From positions 13,870 to 77,869 of IMG/VR virus record IMGVR_UViG_3300011116_000655: a stretch of 64,000 nucleotides of DNA; one strand, written 5' to 3'. Shown here piece by piece: positions 9,204 through 19,200 of this stretch. The DNA is from a virus. Both the position numbers and the translations under genes were made by a program. The stretch's first letter is position 1, and every line of letters begins with the position of its first letter. The notes under the pieces are model-generated. The model did not search any database, was not told the DNA's origin, and worked only from the letters and a program-made list of their open reading frames with translations.

Positions 9204-10234
9204 TAGTTTCTGTGTAGGATATGTGTGTCGGATTCTCTAGTTCCAGCAGAAGTTTGTTTAATGAATTTTGCTTTGGCCCACAGTTCGCGAATACTTCTAG
9301 CTCCAGAGTAAGATAAGCCAGAACGAATACCGTTTTCAAGTTGATCGATAATCTCTGATGTGCTTCCTTTGTATGGAATAGTAGTAGAGATTCCTTCAAG
9401 TGATGAAGTTTTACCTCTCCAATCAATTTGTGCATCTTTTGAAGCCATGCCACGATAAACTTTGCGTTGTTTACCATCTTCTGAAACAAGAATTTGCCCT
9501 GGCGTATCAGAGCTTCCAGCGAGAACTGAACCAAGCATAGCAAAATCACAGCCCACGCCAAGAGCTTTAACAATGTCACCAGAATTTCTAATACCGCCGT
9601 CCGCAATAACCGTAACATTTTTAAAAGTTTTAGAACACTCCATTACACTATCCAATGAAGGAACTCCGTGACCAGTTTGAATACGAGTAGAGCAAATGCT
9701 GCCCCCACCAATACCAACACGAATTGAATTAGCTCCCCAATCAGCCAAATGCTCAATTCCTTCAAGAGTTGCAACATTTCCAGCCATAAAGTGGGGTCCA
9801 TTTCCAAGTTTCTCCCTAAGAGTAATTAGGGCTTTCTTCATCAAAATGTGGTCACCATGAGCAACATCTAAACAAAGAATTTTAACACCACCTTCTACAA
9901 GGGCTTCTGCTCTTTCAAGATAATCACCTGTAATACCAATAGCACAACCAAATTTATGATTATAGATTTCTTGTGATACTGCTTCTGCTATTTCACATTG
10001 TCTTTGAATTGTGTTGTATCTGTGAATAATACCAAGACCACCCATTTTGCCAATTGTGATAGCCATTTTATCTTCACAGACAGTATCCATAGGCGATGCA
10101 ATAAGAGGCAGGTTAAACCAAAAACCTCTTTCTTCATCTAACCAATTACCTATACTTACTTCTTTGCGTGATTCAATATCACTATACTGTGGAACAAGTA
10201 ATACATCATCGTATGTAAGAGCTTCACGAAACAT
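9203..10234 (-). CDS. IMP dehydrogenase/GMP reductase family, no CBS subdomain (probably GMP reductase)
   Basis: LTYDDVLLVP, SPMDTV, DVAHG, GNVAT, GIGGGSICSTR (catalytic Cys), ADGGIR, YRGMAS, EGIS. Confidence 0.92.
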   Translation of the reverse strand: MFREALTYDDVLLVPQYSDIESRKEVSIGNWLDEERGFWFNLPLIASPMDTVCEDKMAITIGKMGGLGIIHRYNTIQRQCEIAEAVSQEIYNHKFGCAIGITGDYLERAEALVEGGVKILCLDVAHGDHILMKKALITLREKLGNGPHFMAGNVATLEGIEHLADWGANSIRVGIGGGSICSTRIQTGHGVPSLDSVMECSKTFKNVTVIADGGIRNSGDIVKALGVGCDFAMLGSVLAGSSDTPGQILVSEDGKQRKVYRGMASKDAQIDWRGKTSSLEGISTTIPYKGSTSEIIDQLENGIRSGLSYSGARSIRELWAKAKFIKQTSAGTRESDTHILHRN

Positions 10235-10422
10235 TAATCCTCCACTTCATTTACAAGCTTTACAAGATAATCCATTACTTGCTTATCTGCAACATAATAG
10301 TTATCACCAGCTTTAAATCCGTTACCCAATAATTGCATAAGTCTAAGATCTGGATTTCTTTTCCACGCAATAGAAAGAAACTCTAGCATGTTATTAATTT
10401 CAATAAGTCTATCTATTTTCAT
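10234..10422 (-). CDS. Small conserved phage hypothetical protein
   Basis: W..NPDLRL.QL...D.YY..D pattern. Confidence 0.65.
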   Translation of the reverse strand: MKIDRLIEINNMLEFLSIAWKRNPDLRLMQLLGNGFKAGDNYYVADKQVMDYLVKLVNEVED

Positions 10423-10786
10423 TTAGAAAGTTCTCCAAATTTTGAATTATGTACTCTTTTGAATAACCAGAATCTGGATCTGCATTTGTTTCTGGGTATT
10501 GAACGTTATAAATGTCGTCTTTATAAATGATAAAGATTTCTGGTACTCCATCAATGTTAAACAATTTAAACAACTTTCTTTGAGTTTTTGAATTTATGTT
10601 ACCAAAATAAAAATTATCTTTGTATTGCTCTGCTATTTCATTAAAGATTGGCTTTAAAGCCTTACATAAATAACAAGTATTGCTTGTAAATTTAATCACA
10701 TAAGGTTTATCAGATTTAGTGATTTCGTTAAAATCTTCTAAACCTAATTCTTTAACGATAGAATTATTTTTTATTACTATTTTCAT
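10409..10786 (-). CDS. Thioredoxin-like protein
   Basis: KFTSNTCYLCKALKP (CxxC) and cis-Pro motif GVP. Confidence 0.85.
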   Translation of the reverse strand: MKIVIKNNSIVKELGLEDFNEITKSDKPYVIKFTSNTCYLCKALKPIFNEIAEQYKDNFYFGNINSKTQRKLFKLFNIDGVPEIFIIYKDDIYNVQYPETNADPDSGYSKEYIIQNLENFLNENR

Positions 10787-11078
10787 AATAAGTTATCAAC
10801 CTTTCTGTGTACCATTTAATTTTTTTAAGGTCTTCTAGTGGAGTACCTTTATGTTTATAACGCATAATGTATTTAATTATATTAGCGGTACAAAAAGCTT
10901 CACCCAATCCTTGATCTTCAATAACTGTAATTGCCTCAAGCTCACCAATATTGTAATGTTTTGGATGATCAACCATTTCTGTTTTGTTATTAGATAACTT
11001 TTTTAATTGGTCTTTATCCATAGCAGAACAAACATTTAAGTAGTTTACCGTTCTTGGAAAATATTCATAATCACTCAT
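10764..11078 (-). CDS. DUF3310 / SaV-like (T7 gp1.7-related) protein
   Basis: VDHPKHY...EAITVI...NIIKYIMR..HKG..EDLKK..WY; start moved to the ATG at 11078 (MSDYEYF). Confidence 0.75.
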   Translation of the reverse strand: MSDYEYFPRTVNYLNVCSAMDKDQLKKLSNNKTEMVDHPKHYNIGELEAITVIEDQGLGEAFCTANIIKYIMRYKHKGTPLEDLKKIKWYTERLITYYENSNKK

Positions 11079-11319
11079 TTTCAGCCTCCTTAATTGTATC
11101 CTCTGCCCATGCTTGAACATCTTTATAGCAAGTAGGACAGAAAAGCTTGACCTGTTTGCTTTCATTAAACACCATAACAGACCATGAAAAGGCTTGTTCT
11201 CTATTATTTTTATCATATGACGAATTACAACCAGTACACTTCTGGGGTAATGCATCAAATAACATAGTTTTTTCTTGAATTAATTTGTTTTGCTTTCTAA
11301 TTTTGCGTGCTGAACTCAT
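11071..11319 (-). CDS. Small zinc-finger protein
   Basis: CTGC...FCPTC. Confidence 0.65.
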   Translation of the reverse strand: MSSARKIRKQNKLIQEKTMLFDALPQKCTGCNSSYDKNNREQAFSWSVMVFNESKQVKLFCPTCYKDVQAWAEDTIKEAENE

Positions 11320-12338
11320 ACTTCAAATCCTTCAATAGTTTCTGGGTTTCCACTAAAGTAGATATACTCTAGCAAATCAGAACTATTATAACAAACAAAA
11401 TCAATAAAGTCTTGTAATTTACCAAATGTTTCAAATTCAATTAGTTTGCCCTCATGGTATGCTTTAAATTGTCCAACTTCTTTTAAAATATCACACTTGT
11501 TAATAATTAAGTGTGTTGCTCCACCAATTTTAATTGCTTCGCATAGTTTATCAAGATTAAGCCAATTTACTTTTCTTCGCCTTCCTGTAGTTACACCATA
11601 TTCTTTTCCTAAATCTCCAATCTTCATTAAAATTGGATCTTCAAGTAAAGTTTCTGGGAACAAAGGGTCAGTACCAGAACGAGTATCATAAATCTTAGCA
11701 CAAGCAAAGACTTTATTAATTTTTTGTGGAGCAAACCCTAGTGAACAAGCTGCATAAGGTAAGCACTCGCTAGAGGTAACAAATGGATAATTGCCATAAT
11801 TAATATCAAGGTGATAACCCTGTGCGCCCTCACAAAGAATATTCCCGTATAACTCTTCTTCTAATAGGAAGGTTTTATTTATTGTGCTATCTTTGGCAAG
11901 TAAACCCTTTCTGGCGGCTTTGTCTCGATATGCTGGTGCTATACCTTGTGAAGTTGTGCCAAGGTGCCCTAGAGTAGATTTATCTTCTGCAATATGTTCG
12001 TCCGTAACAATGTGAGCTAAAGGATGAATTTTTACAAGAGAGGTATCTAAGCCACCCATAGCTAAGTCTGCTATTTCTTTATAGAAGGAGTTTAGGTTTA
12101 CAACACAGTTTGGTCCAATAACAGATTTAATACCAAAGAAAATACCAGATGGAACAATGTGTGTAGCGTACTTTTTGCCATTATGGTAAATTGTATGACC
12201 AGCATTACTTCCACCATTCCAACGACATACAAAGTTATAATGGTTTGGTTTTGACGCTAAGAAATGCGTAATTTTTCCTTTGCCTTCATCACCCCATGAA
12301 GCACCATAAACAATGTCAACATCTTTAATAATTCCCAT
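11316..12338 (-). CDS. purA: Adenylosuccinate synthetase (short form, about 340 aa)
   Basis: WGDEGKGK, GGSNAGHT, GTTSQGIAPAY, EGAQG, YPFVTSS, GVTTGRRR, NKCD; true start MGIIKD at 12338. Confidence 0.93.
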   Translation of the reverse strand: MGIIKDVDIVYGASWGDEGKGKITHFLASKPNHYNFVCRWNGGSNAGHTIYHNGKKYATHIVPSGIFFGIKSVIGPNCVVNLNSFYKEIADLAMGGLDTSLVKIHPLAHIVTDEHIAEDKSTLGHLGTTSQGIAPAYRDKAARKGLLAKDSTINKTFLLEEELYGNILCEGAQGYHLDINYGNYPFVTSSECLPYAACSLGFAPQKINKVFACAKIYDTRSGTDPLFPETLLEDPILMKIGDLGKEYGVTTGRRRKVNWLNLDKLCEAIKIGGATHLIINKCDILKEVGQFKAYHEGKLIEFETFGKLQDFIDFVCYNSSDLLEYIYFSGNPETIEGFEV

Positions 12339-12573
12339 CTTTAATAACTCCAAGTAGTTCAAAGGCAAAGAAACGTTCCAAGTATCCTGTTTCAAACACA
12401 AATACTTCGTGGAATTCCACAGACTCTGAAACGTCAAAACCTCTATCATCATAAAGGTTTCCAAAATACATGCCGTCAATAATCATATTATCAACAGCAT
12501 ATCTAACAATGTCACCTTCTTGTGGCTTAGCGTCCTGTAGAACCGAAACCACCACTTCCTCTATCAGTCTCAC
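12325..12573 (-). CDS. Hypothetical SH3-like protein
   Basis: PQEGDIVRY; bridges dut and purA. Confidence 0.5.
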   Translation of the reverse strand: MRLIEEVVVSVLQDAKPQEGDIVRYAVDNMIIDGMYFGNLYDDRGFDVSESVEFHEVFVFETGYLERFFAFELLGVIKDGNY

Positions 12574-12952
12574 TCAATGACTCCACAAACTCAAATTGGT
12601 CAGTAGAAATCTTCTCTGGGATTGCTTGTGCTACCCTATCACCAATCTCCCAATCAAAATGAAGCTTAGAAGTATTGTGAAGAATCACTTTCCATTCTCC
12701 TCTGTAACTAGAGTCTACAACCCCTGCAAGTACATTAATACCAGCTTTAGCAGCAAGTCCAGAACGTGGTGCAATTCGCATGTAATACTCTGGACTAAAA
12801 GATGTACAAATACCTACTGGCACAATTGCACGTTCTCCTGGGCCTATTGAACCTTCTTCTGTAGCATAAAGATCAAATCCAGCGTTACCCTCTGCTCTTT
12901 GAGTAAGGTTGATAAATCCATTCATTTTAATAACTTTTAGGTTAAGACTCAT
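12527..12952 (-). CDS. dut: Trimeric dUTPase
   Basis: AGFDL, PRSGLA, GVVDSSYRGE, GDRVAQ, RGSGGFGSTG (motifs 1-5). Confidence 0.96.
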   Translation of the reverse strand: MSLNLKVIKMNGFINLTQRAEGNAGFDLYATEEGSIGPGERAIVPVGICTSFSPEYYMRIAPRSGLAAKAGINVLAGVVDSSYRGEWKVILHNTSKLHFDWEIGDRVAQAIPEKISTDQFEFVESLSETDRGSGGFGSTGR

Positions 12953-12963
12953 TTTTTCCTCTT

Positions 12964-13593
12964 TTAAATTTCAATAGTTAGTGGAGCATTATTTGGTTTA
13001 TACGCTCTATCGCAAGTAGATGCATTAATGTAACACGTATCTCCAATAGTTTCAATTCCATATCCTTCATGAATGTGACCAAATGCATGATACTTTGGTT
13101 TGATGCGATGCACTACTTCGTCTAGCAGTATAGGGCAACCAGCATTAATGTTTTCATAAGTTACATCACGAATCGTGCTTGGTGGTCCATGAGTAATTAA
13201 AAGATCAATGTTATCTGGTATTTGTTTCCAATACTCTTTTAGTTGGTCATCATCTGCATTAAAAGCCCAATTATAAAAGCGAGGTTGCCAAGGAGAACCA
13301 TAAATTCTAAGTCCTCCAACAGACATCATACTATCTTGAAGATACCAAATGTCTTTGTGTTGTCCAAGCAACATACGGGCTTCATCTTGTCTTTTATAAA
13401 AAAGCCAATCGTGATTACCAGCAATCATAATTTTAGTTTTTGCTGGTTGTCTGCTAAACCATTCAAGTACACGACTTACTTCAACAAAAGAGCCATGTGA
13501 AGTCATATCCCCACAATGAATCAAAACATCAGTAGGCTCAATCTTCACAAGATCGTGCCTATTGTGTGTATCAGAAATAAAAGTAATTTTCAT
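12964..13593 (-). CDS. Calcineurin-like metallophosphoesterase
   Basis: ISDTH, HCGD, AGNHD, THGPP, FGHIHE; start MKITF at 13593. Confidence 0.9.
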   Translation of the reverse strand: MKITFISDTHNRHDLVKIEPTDVLIHCGDMTSHGSFVEVSRVLEWFSRQPAKTKIMIAGNHDWLFYKRQDEARMLLGQHKDIWYLQDSMMSVGGLRIYGSPWQPRFYNWAFNADDDQLKEYWKQIPDNIDLLITHGPPSTIRDVTYENINAGCPILLDEVVHRIKPKYHAFGHIHEGYGIETIGDTCYINASTCDRAYKPNNAPLTIEI

Positions 13594-14465
13594 TAGATTC
13601 CTGTAACAGTTGTAGCTGAACCTCTCCAATTTATTTCACAGATAGGTTCATAAAGCCCTTCGCTATTAATGTTTGATGTATCTGTCCATTCAAGAACACC
13701 ACCAACATAAATGTTTACGGTAACATCATTTCTTCCATTATAAACAGAACCAGGATAATCATGAACATAAACAGTATAGATTCCTGCATATGGTGAATCA
13801 ATGTTGATGTTTTCTGGTCCTGTTCCTGGGATATCGTCAAGGTCAAGAATTGGATTATCAGAAGGACCAGAAGAACCCCATTCTAATCCACTTGTACAAT
13901 TTGCATAGTAACAATCTGTAAAGTAGTCAGTTAGTGTACCAAATGGTGCTAAAAGATGCAAGTCCATATCGTCACCAGAATTAGTCCAGAACATTTCAAT
14001 CCATAGACCATCACCAGCAAGTGCATTTAAAGTTGCATAACAAGGTTCAGAGACTTGTCCAATCTCATTAGTAACAATTAATTGACCTACATACTCTCCT
14101 GCTAAATCTGGCGTAAACGAACGTCGGTTAGCACTACCCGCTGGCATATCAATTAAATTACCTGCTGGTGCTGAATATAAAGTCCATTCATAATTTGTAA
14201 TTGCATAACCAGCAGTATCGTATGAAGTATTGCCGATCCAATCTGCTGAACCGTAAATTGCATCAATGTTTGCAGGGTCCACAGAACAAACAGCAATTGG
14301 TTGTCCTAATGGCGGTGCGGTATCCTCAATAGCAGTATCAATAATTGCAGTATCGGCAGTATCATCTGGAATAATAGATGTATCTACAAACCCACTATCG
14401 TATGGATCTGGTTTTTTGTTAACCTCATACTCAGTACAGGCTAACATAAGTAAAGTTGTAATCAT
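13593..14465 (-). CDS. Putative lipoprotein with DT(A/S) repeats, Ig/PKD-like domain and YfaP/DUF2135-like C-terminal domain
   Basis: MITTLLMLAC lipobox; DSG/DTS/DTA x3; FTPDLAGEYV.QLIV; DMDLHL...DCYYANC...LDLDDIPGTGPENINI. Confidence 0.7.
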   Translation of the reverse strand: MITTLLMLACTEYEVNKKPDPYDSGFVDTSIIPDDTADTAIIDTAIEDTAPPLGQPIAVCSVDPANIDAIYGSADWIGNTSYDTAGYAITNYEWTLYSAPAGNLIDMPAGSANRRSFTPDLAGEYVGQLIVTNEIGQVSEPCYATLNALAGDGLWIEMFWTNSGDDMDLHLLAPFGTLTDYFTDCYYANCTSGLEWGSSGPSDNPILDLDDIPGTGPENINIDSPYAGIYTVYVHDYPGSVYNGRNDVTVNIYVGGVLEWTDTSNINSEGLYEPICEINWRGSATTVTGI

Positions 14466-14482
14466 TTGTAAACTCCCAAGTA

Positions 14483-15400
14483 CTAAATAGAGTGCAATTC
14501 ACGATACTTGAATAGTGCAAGCTCTTTCATTTTTGCTTCAATCATAATGTCTACATCGTGACCATAAGTGTCAATATAACGATAAACATAGTCAGAATGT
14601 GCCTGTACAGGACACTTAATCTTCTGTTCCTCGCAACGAGACTCAGAATAGTGAACAACAGGCTTTACATCACCCCAAGTAGATACGGCAATAGCAAGCG
14701 CATCAGAATGAGACATACCCCCACTATGAAGTGAATGGTGGTGATAATCAAAAACAATCGGAATTGAGGTTCGCTTGAAAATGAAATTGTATAGTTCTTC
14801 CACCGTGTATAGAGAAGGCTTATCGTCATTTTCAAGAGTGAACCTACACTTGATGTTCTCTGGAACAATCTCCCAATTACGGAGAAACTGCTCAATAGCT
14901 GCTGTCTTATTCTTGTAAGTTGCGCCAACATGGATGTTAATTTTGTTGTAATGTGTGTTAGAAAGCCCCATCAAATCCATAATTTCTGCGTGAACAGTCA
15001 AATCCTTGATAGTATTTGTAGTTACTGCCTCATTAGAAGAAGTAAGTTTGTTGAACGGGCCAGGATGAAAGCTAAGTCGTTGGTTATTAGCAATAGCATA
15101 ATCACCACACTTACGGAGCAAAGCAGAAACGGTTTGAATGTTTGGAAGATTTCTGATACCGTATTCAGATGCCCAAGGGAACATATCGGAAGACATACGG
15201 TAAAAGTTAATACCGTTTTGTGTATTCCATTCAAGAATAGTATAAAGGTCTTTTAGATTCTGCTCAATAAGTTCAGCAGCATAATTGATACCCTTTGCAT
15301 CAAAAGTCTTACGAATCATTGTACGATTCGTTGTAACACGGGTCTTGGTAGATTCAGAAAGACCCAAATTAATGCAAGCATAGCCAAGGTTAGTAGACAA
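14483..15400 (-). CDS. uvsE: UV damage endonuclease
   Basis: LGYACIN, FYRMSS, RLSFHPG.F, INIHVG, LENDDK, VFDYHHH, HYSE, AHSDY, MIEAK.KE; TTG start. Confidence 0.93.
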   Translation of the reverse strand: MSTNLGYACINLGLSESTKTRVTTNRTMIRKTFDAKGINYAAELIEQNLKDLYTILEWNTQNGINFYRMSSDMFPWASEYGIRNLPNIQTVSALLRKCGDYAIANNQRLSFHPGPFNKLTSSNEAVTTNTIKDLTVHAEIMDLMGLSNTHYNKINIHVGATYKNKTAAIEQFLRNWEIVPENIKCRFTLENDDKPSLYTVEELYNFIFKRTSIPIVFDYHHHSLHSGGMSHSDALAIAVSTWGDVKPVVHYSESRCEEQKIKCPVQAHSDYVYRYIDTYGHDVDIMIEAKMKELALFKYRELHSI

Positions 15401-15405
15401 GAGAA

Positions 15406-15447
15406 ACCCTCCAAGGACATACTATCCAAGGAGGGTCATAGTGTCAA
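15406..15447 (-). promoter_or_regulatory. Sigma70 promoter within an RBS-sequestering hairpin (uvsE)
   Basis: TTGACA-17 nt-TAGTAT; imperfect stem ACCCTCC..GGA/TCC..GGAGGGT whose 3' arm contains the GGAGG SD. Confidence 0.65.
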
Positions 15448-16232
15448 TGGTTTCTTTTCTTATTTTCTCTCATACCTTTATCAAGTGCAAGCGTTCCGTA
15501 TTGTTGTCCACCTATTCTTGCTCGTAATGCATCCATACCAGCATCTTGAGAAACTGGGCCTAAAGATGCTTGCTGAGAACGACTTGATTGTGTAGAAGCC
15601 ACATTTTGTGGATTTGTTGGTTCTGGAACTTTTATGTTCAATACATTTTCGTATTTTTGAATTTCACTTCTATCTAATGTAGGACCAGAAACTTTTCTCA
15701 TTTCGTGCGCCTCAGAAGAAAATTGTTGTCCTTTTTCTGCTCTTTTTATAGAAAGAGGAAATACTTCTATAGTATACCCTTTATCATATCTTTTAGCATG
15801 GTTGTAGTAAAAGACTATTACTTTTTTTGTTTTCATTTCAGAAATGTATGTTTCTAATCTTTGTATAGCTAGTTGTTTATTTTCATCATTTTTTGCAATT
15901 TTTATTTTGTTGTTGTAGTCATCTAAATCAAACTCATAATCTATTAAAAATTCTCTTAATGGTAAAGGAATTAAGTTTGCTTGTTTTTTTTGAATCATTT
16001 CTCTAAATTTTGGAAAAAGATTTATAATTTGAGCACCTGTTACGGATAACAATTCTTCTTTTTCTCCAAGTTCTGAACCTGCTTCACTTACTTCGACTTC
16101 CGTATCTATAACTGGTTGGTTTCTTGGTGATCCATAAATTGGACCTCTTTCAAAAGGGCTAATTTCATTTAGCAATCCAACAAGTTCTTCTCTAATAACT
16201 TGTCTAAGTTGTGATTCTGTTAATCTTTTCAT
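15444..16232 (-). CDS. Late hypothetical protein with N-terminal LTESQLRQVIREEL tag
   Basis: Tag nearly identical to the N-terminus of 36163..36795; late motif at 16254-16261. Confidence 0.7.
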   Translation of the reverse strand: MKRLTESQLRQVIREELVGLLNEISPFERGPIYGSPRNQPVIDTEVEVSEAGSELGEKEELLSVTGAQIINLFPKFREMIQKKQANLIPLPLREFLIDYEFDLDDYNNKIKIAKNDENKQLAIQRLETYISEMKTKKVIVFYYNHAKRYDKGYTIEVFPLSIKRAEKGQQFSSEAHEMRKVSGPTLDRSEIQKYENVLNIKVPEPTNPQNVASTQSSRSQQASLGPVSQDAGMDALRARIGGQQYGTLALDKGMRENKKRNH

Positions 16233-16238
16233 AAAAAT

Positions 16239-16270
16239 GGGTTCCTTACCAATTAAATAGTAAGGAACCC
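16239..16270 (-). terminator. dnaE terminator containing the late promoter and SD of the next gene
   Basis: Perfect 11-bp stem GGGTTCCTTAC/GTAAGGAACCC followed by ATTTTT; ACTATTTA at the stem/loop junction; TAAGGA in the 3' arm. Confidence 0.75.
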
Positions 16271-16274
16271 TTAA

Positions 16275-19200
16275 TTATGCCAACAATCTAAGTTGTTTTG
16301 CTACGTTGTTGATACTAAATCCCCAATCATCATGATTTGGTTTTACCATGTAAGGACGATTGGTAAACACAACATCTTTCTCTTTTATACCCCAACACTT
16401 GATTTTAACTTCTGTGTTGGTACTATCGATTGCGTTTAATACCCAATAATCTTTACCTGTTGCAGTTTTCTTCTTTTCAATCTCGCGGACAACAAACCAA
16501 GCAAGTCCAAGTTCTTCATCGTATTCAGAAATTGGTGGAATCATCTTCTCTTGAAGTCTAATCATAATTTCTGGAGATACAACAAGGTTCATTGGGTATA
16601 CACCTGTAAGTTGTGTAAGATACTCAATTTTCTCTTCGTTTGAAAACTCACCTTCTGGTTTATAAGTCTCAATGTTTTCCAGTAAGTTCTTAAGCTTACG
16701 AGGTCTATCTACTGCTACCGCTGACCAGAAGTGTTTTGCTCCTGTAAATCTGTTGTCAATAAGACAATTACAAGCACCAGAACGAATCAATACATCAAGG
16801 GCTTTTTTATTCAACTTGCTGTATACGATGTTTTCGTTGAAGATAAAATCTTCTACTGTTTTGAATGGACGATTGTTGAAGATTTGTTGGATAGCTACTT
16901 CACCAAGACCTTTAATCGAAGAAAGAGGTTGGATTAGAGTTTCACCATCTTCCGAAATCTCCCATACCATACCAGAAGTATTAAGGTTTAGAGGTTCAAT
17001 TTTGAAACCCATAGATTTTGCAAGATTAATTGCATACTCTTTGTTTTTTGCATCCTCTTTATCAAGGAATGCTGCTATCCATTCTGCCTTGTAGTAAGTC
17101 AAAAGCCAAGCACATTGATACGAAAGGATTGAATAGCAAACGGCATGAGACTTATTGAAGCCGTAACCCGAAAAATACTCAAATGTTTCCCAAAGTTTCT
17201 GGGCTTCTTTTTGCTCAATACCTTTTTCAACACAACCTTCGATAAATTTGTGGTGAATTTTATCTTTCTCTTCAAATCCTTTTCCAGTTCCTTTCTTTGT
17301 TAGAAGTTTACGAAGTTTATTACCTTCATCGAGATCAACATTTTTGCCAAGTTTATGAGCAAGAATAGCAATCTGTTCTTGGAAGATCAAAAAGCCATAA
17401 GTTTGCTTTGTAACTTCTTTAATTATTGGATGAATGTATTTAATACTTTCTGGATCTTCAACTGCTGCAACATAGAGTTTGTCTACATCTGCTCCAAGAG
17501 GGCCAGGACGATAAATAGAAGTAATTGCAGATACATCGATGATGTTTCTTGGTTTTACTTTCTTACAAAACTCTTGAACAGGTGCTTCAGTAAATTGGAA
17601 GACACCAGCAAAGTTACCTTTTTCAAATACGTTCTTGTAAACCTTCTTATCATTTAGGTTCATTTTGTCTGGATGAAGATGCTCATTATAGAATGCTTTT
17701 ACATCTTCAAATGTAGGATCTTTAATGCCCTTATGACGCTTAAGAACATGCCTAATTGCACCTTCAATCATTCTCAAAGAAGCAATACCTAGAATGTCAA
17801 ACTTAATGAAACCCATTGGCTCCAAGTGACGAACGTTTTGACCCTCTGACCAAGGAGTTTGACGTACACCATCGGAATTAATGAGAGGCATGTATTGATC
17901 AAGGTTTTCACCAACCACAACACCACCAGCATGACGGGAACAACTACGAACCTGTCCATAAAGTGCGTTAATGTGTTCTGCAATGTGAGGATACTTTCTC
18001 AAAAATCCTTGAAGAGTTGAAGAATACTCTTTTACCTCTTCAAATGTTGGCGTATAAACACCAGATTTAATGCCATGCTTCTGCTTTGCAAGAGGGGTTG
18101 CCTCAAGCATCATTTTACTGGTTACTTCATTTACTTCTTTAAACTCAATGTTGTAGAATTTACTAATGTCTTTTACAAGAGACTTTAGCTGTAGAGTATT
18201 CCAGTTAGAAATAGGAACAACTGTTGTATCACCCCACTCTTTGATTAGTATGTCTTTCAAAACCATTGGGTCTGCAACGTCATAATCAATGTCTGGGAAT
18301 CCATCTTGATTCTTTGTCATGAAACGCTCAAACAGAAGCCCATGTTTGATTGGGTCTACTTGAGTAATTCCAAGAACATACGAGACAAGAGAACCAGCAG
18401 CAGAGCCACGACCTGGACCTACTAGCTGCATTGTTTGTGCTTTGTCAGAAATAGCCTTCATTGTAAGGAAGTATTTGCTAAACCCTCTATCTTCAATAAT
18501 TTCAAGTTCTTGGTCAAGTTGCTTAATGTAATTTATTTTGTCAAGAAGTCCAAGATTACGCATACCTTCCATAGAATAATGACGAAGAGCCTCACCAGCA
18601 GTAAACCCAGCAGGTACTACAAAGTTTGGAAGTCTAACTGTTGTATCTGGCATGAAGTTTTCAATACGTTTGTGAGCAATTTCATAACTATTTGTAATGC
18701 TCTTCATAACCAAACTGTCTTGATAATGAACGTTTCCTTCCTTGGAATACTTTTTGTAAGCATCCCACATCTGTTCACCATTCTTTGGATAAAGTTCGTA
18801 TCCAATTTCATCTACACCAGCAGGAAGCTCAGAATTACCTTCTGCCCACTCTGGTCTGCCTTTGCCAAGCCAACCAAGACGCTTATAAAGCTCACGGTCT
18901 TTCCAAGCATTAGGATTTGGATAATGGCTATCACAAGTAGATACAAGTTGAATGTCAAATTCCTCTTGCATCTTGATAATGTACTTATTTAGAATGTGCT
19001 GCTCTGGTACATTATTCCATTGTAGTTCGCCATACCAACGGTCACCAAAAATGGAAACCATTCGCTTAGTTACTGTACGAAATGAATCAAGAATAGCTTC
19101 CTCACCCTTATCCTTATTCTCCCAATAACAGCCAGCATAAACTCCACCAAGGCAAGCAGAGAGAGCAATTATACCCTCGTTATACTTCTCCAACATCGCA

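Noticed and set aside
9193-9618. Same-strand alternative-frame ORFs inside genes (also 14665, 22104, 33156, 54949 and others)
   Set aside because: Nested in conserved enzymes or structural genes, with no SD, slippery site or motif support.
11316-12338. PurZ / 2-aminoadenine (Z-genome) system, suggested by a PurA homologue plus a family A polymerase
   Set aside because: The catalytic loop is GDEGKG with the PurA Asp, not the Ser of PurZ (GSxxKG), and no DatZ/MazZ-like gene is recognisable in the window.
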